A DNA stretch of 64,000 nucleotides from Geosiphon pyriformis uo1 (taxonomy: Eukaryota; Fungi; Glomeromycota). The position numbers and the translations under genes were made by a program. The notes below the pieces were generated by a model that did not search any database, was not told the origin of the DNA, and was given only the letters and a program-made list of their open reading frames with translations. This document shows positions 60,101 through 64,000 of this stretch, in pieces; within the stretch, counting starts at the first letter, position 1; each line of letters starts with the position of its first letter. The DNA lies in the NCBI GenBank assembly GCA_016748015.1, contig JAAOMT010000303.1, positions 496,001-560,000 of the forward strand, given 5' to 3'.

Positions 60101-63100
60101 GTTACCACCAAAAACTTTACACCAAGAAGATACTTACTTCAGTAACTGGTGGACCATACTACTGCTAAGCATTCTTGTTCAGTGACTGAATAGTTTTGTT
60201 CTACTGGGGAAAGAGTTCTACTGGCATAGGCTATGGCATGTTTTTTGCCATTTTCATCTTTCTGGGAGAGAACAGCACCAAGTCCAAAGCCAGATGTATC
60301 AGTGTGGAGGATAAAGGGTCGATCTAGATCAGGTTGCTTGAGGATGAGTTCTGTAACCAGTTTTTTCTTTAAAGTTTCAAAGGCTTTTTGCTGATGTGTT
60401 CTCCAATGGTAATTGTCATTTTTCCTGAGTAGCTAATTGAGAAGAGAAGTGATTTTGGAGAAATCCTTGACAAATTTGTGATAATAAGAGGCCAAACCAA
60501 GAAAAAAGTGTAGTTCATGAATGTTCATTGGTTGTTTGATGTTTTGGACTTTTTCAACTTTGGCTGGGTCAGGAAAGATTCCATTTTTTGTGATAAGATG
60601 ACCAAGGAACTGGGTGGATTGTCTTCCAAAAAAAGATTTGATTGGGTTGATCTTGAGGCCAGCATTTCTGAGGAGGTCAAAAACCTTTTGCAAATGTTCT
60701 AGGTGTTCATTCCAGGTTTTTGAGTATACCATTATGTTGTCCAAATAGACTAGAACAAAGTTTTCCTTGACTGATTCAAATACTTTATCCATTAAGCATT
60801 GAAAGGTGAGAGGGGCATTGGTGAGACCAAAAGGCATGACTGTAAATTTATAGGTGCCATACTTGGTGATGAAGGCAGTTTTCTTTCTGCTTTCTGAATT
60901 CATCTCTACTTGCCAGAATTCAGCAGTTAAGTCAATGGTTGAGAAGAAAGCAGCATCTTTGAATTGGTCTAACATTGCATCAATCTTGGGAAGTGGGTAC
61001 ATGTCTCTTTCAGTGATGGTATTTAATTGGCAGTAGTCGACACAAAAGCATAGTGTTCCACCTTTCTTGGATACCACTACAACTGGGAAAGCCCATTCAC
61101 TCTTGGTTTTTTGTATGAATCCAAGTTCTTTTATCTGGTTTATTTTTTTCTTGATAAACTCATCATTGTGCTGATTGGATTGATAAGGCTTCAAATGGAT
61201 GGGTCAAGTTTCTCTGGTGGTGATGGTGTGTTGTATCACATGGGTATGTTCAGAGGTATCACCTTCTTTGGAGATAACTGGGCTATTTCTAGCCAGCAAA
61301 TTTTCAATGTCTATTTTTCTTTCTTCTGGGGAGAGTTCTTTTTGTTCTACAACCAGTGATTTGATCTCAGGTGGTTCATTCTCAAAGGACTTCTGTACTT
61401 CTTTCAATTCTTCTCTGGATATCAAACTGATTGGTTCCCAATCTCTGTAATAGATCAGGCATGATTTGCATTCATCGCTTGGAAAATACAAGGGTTTGTT
61501 GCACCAACACTGGGCACAAGGACCATGCCACCAAAAACTGTATTTGGCTTTCTTGCCAGACTTTTGGTCAAAGGTTCTTTTTAGAATATCATAGTAGGGC
61601 CAGCAGATCAGCTTGCCATTTACAATAATTCTCTCTCTATCAGCTTTAACATTGTCCAGTGGTTTGCCATTGCTAATGAAAGTGGTATAGGTGAGTTCAG
61701 TAGTTTCTTCTTGCTCTTTTTGTTCTTCTTCTTCATCGCTCTCTTCATTATTTGATTCATCTGATTGTTCTTCTTCTTGGTTTTGTTTGGGTACTGAGGA
61801 AGTTGTCCAATGGCGACACTTAACCACAATGGGTTTCTCACCATATCTGATGGTTAATTCACAAAGTTCATAATCAAGCAAAGCTTTTGCTTTCTTGAGC
61901 CATTCATTGCCAACAATGATGGTGTATTCTTTTGCTTCAGATACTTCCATATCAGTTTCAATGCTGATGCCATTGATGCGGACAGGAATAGCTTTGGCTA
62001 TGCCAAGCCCTTTTTTTTTATCATCATGCACATTGGTCATTGGTTGTGTGGATGATTCATCAATTTTTCTGCCAATTGCTTCAAGAAAGTGTTTGGCAAT
62101 GACACTAACAGATGATCCACTGTCCAGAATTAAGTCAATGAAGTATTCAGTCACTTTGACTTTACAAATCAGAGGGGTGACATTGCTGTTGTCAGCAAGT
62201 CCAGCTTGGTGAGGGTGTTTGTTGGTTTTAGGTGTCTTTTTCTTTGGAATCAGGGATTTGCGAAGATCTTTTCTGAATTGTGGATGGGTCATTAACTGGC
62301 CAAAGGTAATATGTGCTGGGGTTTCTATGAGGTCTTTGACAACAGAATAGGGACTGGATTTTTGTACTATTTCTGGGGGTTTCAACTTTGGAGGGTTCTT
62401 GAAAACTTTGGCTTTTGGGGGCTCATTGTTGTTAGCAGTTGATGTAGAAGATTTATTGGAGTCCAGAACAAAATCAACTTTGGCTTTCTTCTTCTTTCTG
62501 GTTGGTTCTGAGGTGTTAATTGCTAATTTATCCATGTCATGGTCATCATCAGTTAAGTTAAAAGTGTAAAAGGGGTTTTCTTCTGGTTGGCTTGCACTCT
62601 CACCCTTTGGAGTTGCACCTACCAGTTTAAAGGCTAATAAACAGTAGCTTCAACTAGAGGATCCTCTCCAAAGAAATTGATGTTGACATGATTGGGTTTT
62701 TGATTGGGGACATTGTTGTTGTTGGGTTTGTTGTTTTGGTTGTCATTGTTTCTGGGAGCTGGAGGAGGCAGTGGAGGATTGTTACAATCTCTTGAATAAT
62801 GTCCAGTTAATCCACAACAATAGCACACAGGTGGGCCACGATTTTGCTGTCTTTGATAGGGAGATTGCTGGGGCTGGTTAAAACAAGATTCATATCTAGG
62901 TCTTGGTGGTTGCTGGTTATTTCTAACTGCTTGTGCCAACAGTTCTAATAACCAGGCAAGGTTAGCTGTGAGTCTATCTATCAATTGTTCATTTGGGTCT
63001 TGGGTTTGGGCAGCAAAAGAAGTAGCAACCATTTGAGGAATAGGAGCCATAACAGGAGCAGGAACAAAAACTGGAAGTGTGGATCCCAAATGCATTCTTT

Positions 63101-64000
63101 GATTGTCTTCAATTCTTTGGGCAAGTTCAATGGCCATATCTATGGTGGGATTATCTTTTAAAGCCAAGAGAAGCCAAAGAGCATACGATAAATCAGTTCT
63201 CAATCCTTTTGTGAAGGAGTGGATCTTTTGCTCTTCAGTCCAGTTTCTACCAGAGTCTACATGCTTGATGAGTTTTTTGATTGCTTTGGCATATTCAGTC
63301 ACAATTTCATCAGGACCTTGAGTTCTTCTTTCTAATTCCATATGCCATTTGGATATTAAGATGAGAGTTCTGAATTTGTTTTCAAACCAGATAGTGAAAA
63401 AGGTGTTGTTTTCTTCAATATTTGCTGGGGTCCATCTGACAATTCTTTGTTGAGCACCAGCATTGGTTTTTTGTGAAAACCAGGTAGCAAGGGAGCCTTG
63501 AAAGTAGCCACCAATAATTTGGAACTTGTACTCATCATCATATTGGTTGGCAGTGGCTGCTCTTTCAAAATCATCCAACCATTCAATTGGATCTTGTGCA
63601 TCACCTCTGAATAATGGTAATGGGGTGTTGTTTCTTCGCCCCAAAGCAGTTTGTATGTCTTGGAGGGCGGCTAGGATGTTTGCTTGTATTGAATCTTGGG
63701 CCATTGGTTCAGGAGTTACTGTTTGAATAGAATAATTTGAATCACTTGGGAAGAAATCAAAAATAGGAGTGGTTTGATAACTTTCTTCTTCTGTTTCAAA
63801 ATTGGTTTCAGCTGATTGATGGGCAGCAATCCAGATGTGAATTTGGTGATTTAGATATTCGAATTCAGAAGGTTGTTGTTCAAAGGTTGCTGAGTATAAA
63901 AGCTGATTGATATTGTTGTTTTTTTCTTCAAAGTTGTTTTCAAAGTAAGCTTGGTCAAAGTAATAGATTGTGTAGGCTGTGTAGGTTTTAGCTGAATGCT
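57150..64000 (-). mobile_element. Gypsy A8, running off the window end (3' LTR 57150-57889, ORF3 57859-58515, INT 58557-59870, pol 59938-62631, gag 62619->64000)
   Basis: Colinear with A4; flank CTAT. Confidence 0.95.

Overview
AT-rich, CpG-depleted eukaryotic repeat DNA. The protein style resembles Glomeromycotina/Geosiphon-type fungi, but that is inference only. I found no host gene, RNA gene or CRISPR array. The window is a nest of decayed retroelements: (i) seven insertions of a Ty3/Gypsy family 'A' (~7.7 kb, ~630-740 bp LTRs TGTTA..TAACA, 4-bp TSD); (ii) one copy of a second Gypsy family 'B' (847-bp LTRs, dUTPase in pol); (iii) several copies of an APE-RT-RNase H LINE; (iv) an ORF1-only LINE derivative sharing the LINE 3' end. 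TSDs and junctions give a six-deep nest: LINE fragment > A2 > LINE L2 (5345-45071) > A3 > B > A4. The most notable point is that both Gypsy families share an atypical layout. Pol stops after RNase H, integrase is a separate ORF with its own ATG, and a conserved non-Env ~210-220 aa ORF of unknown function follows it (ORF3). Family A also has a U-UUA-AAC -1 frameshift between gag and pol. All alignments and counts were done by eye.
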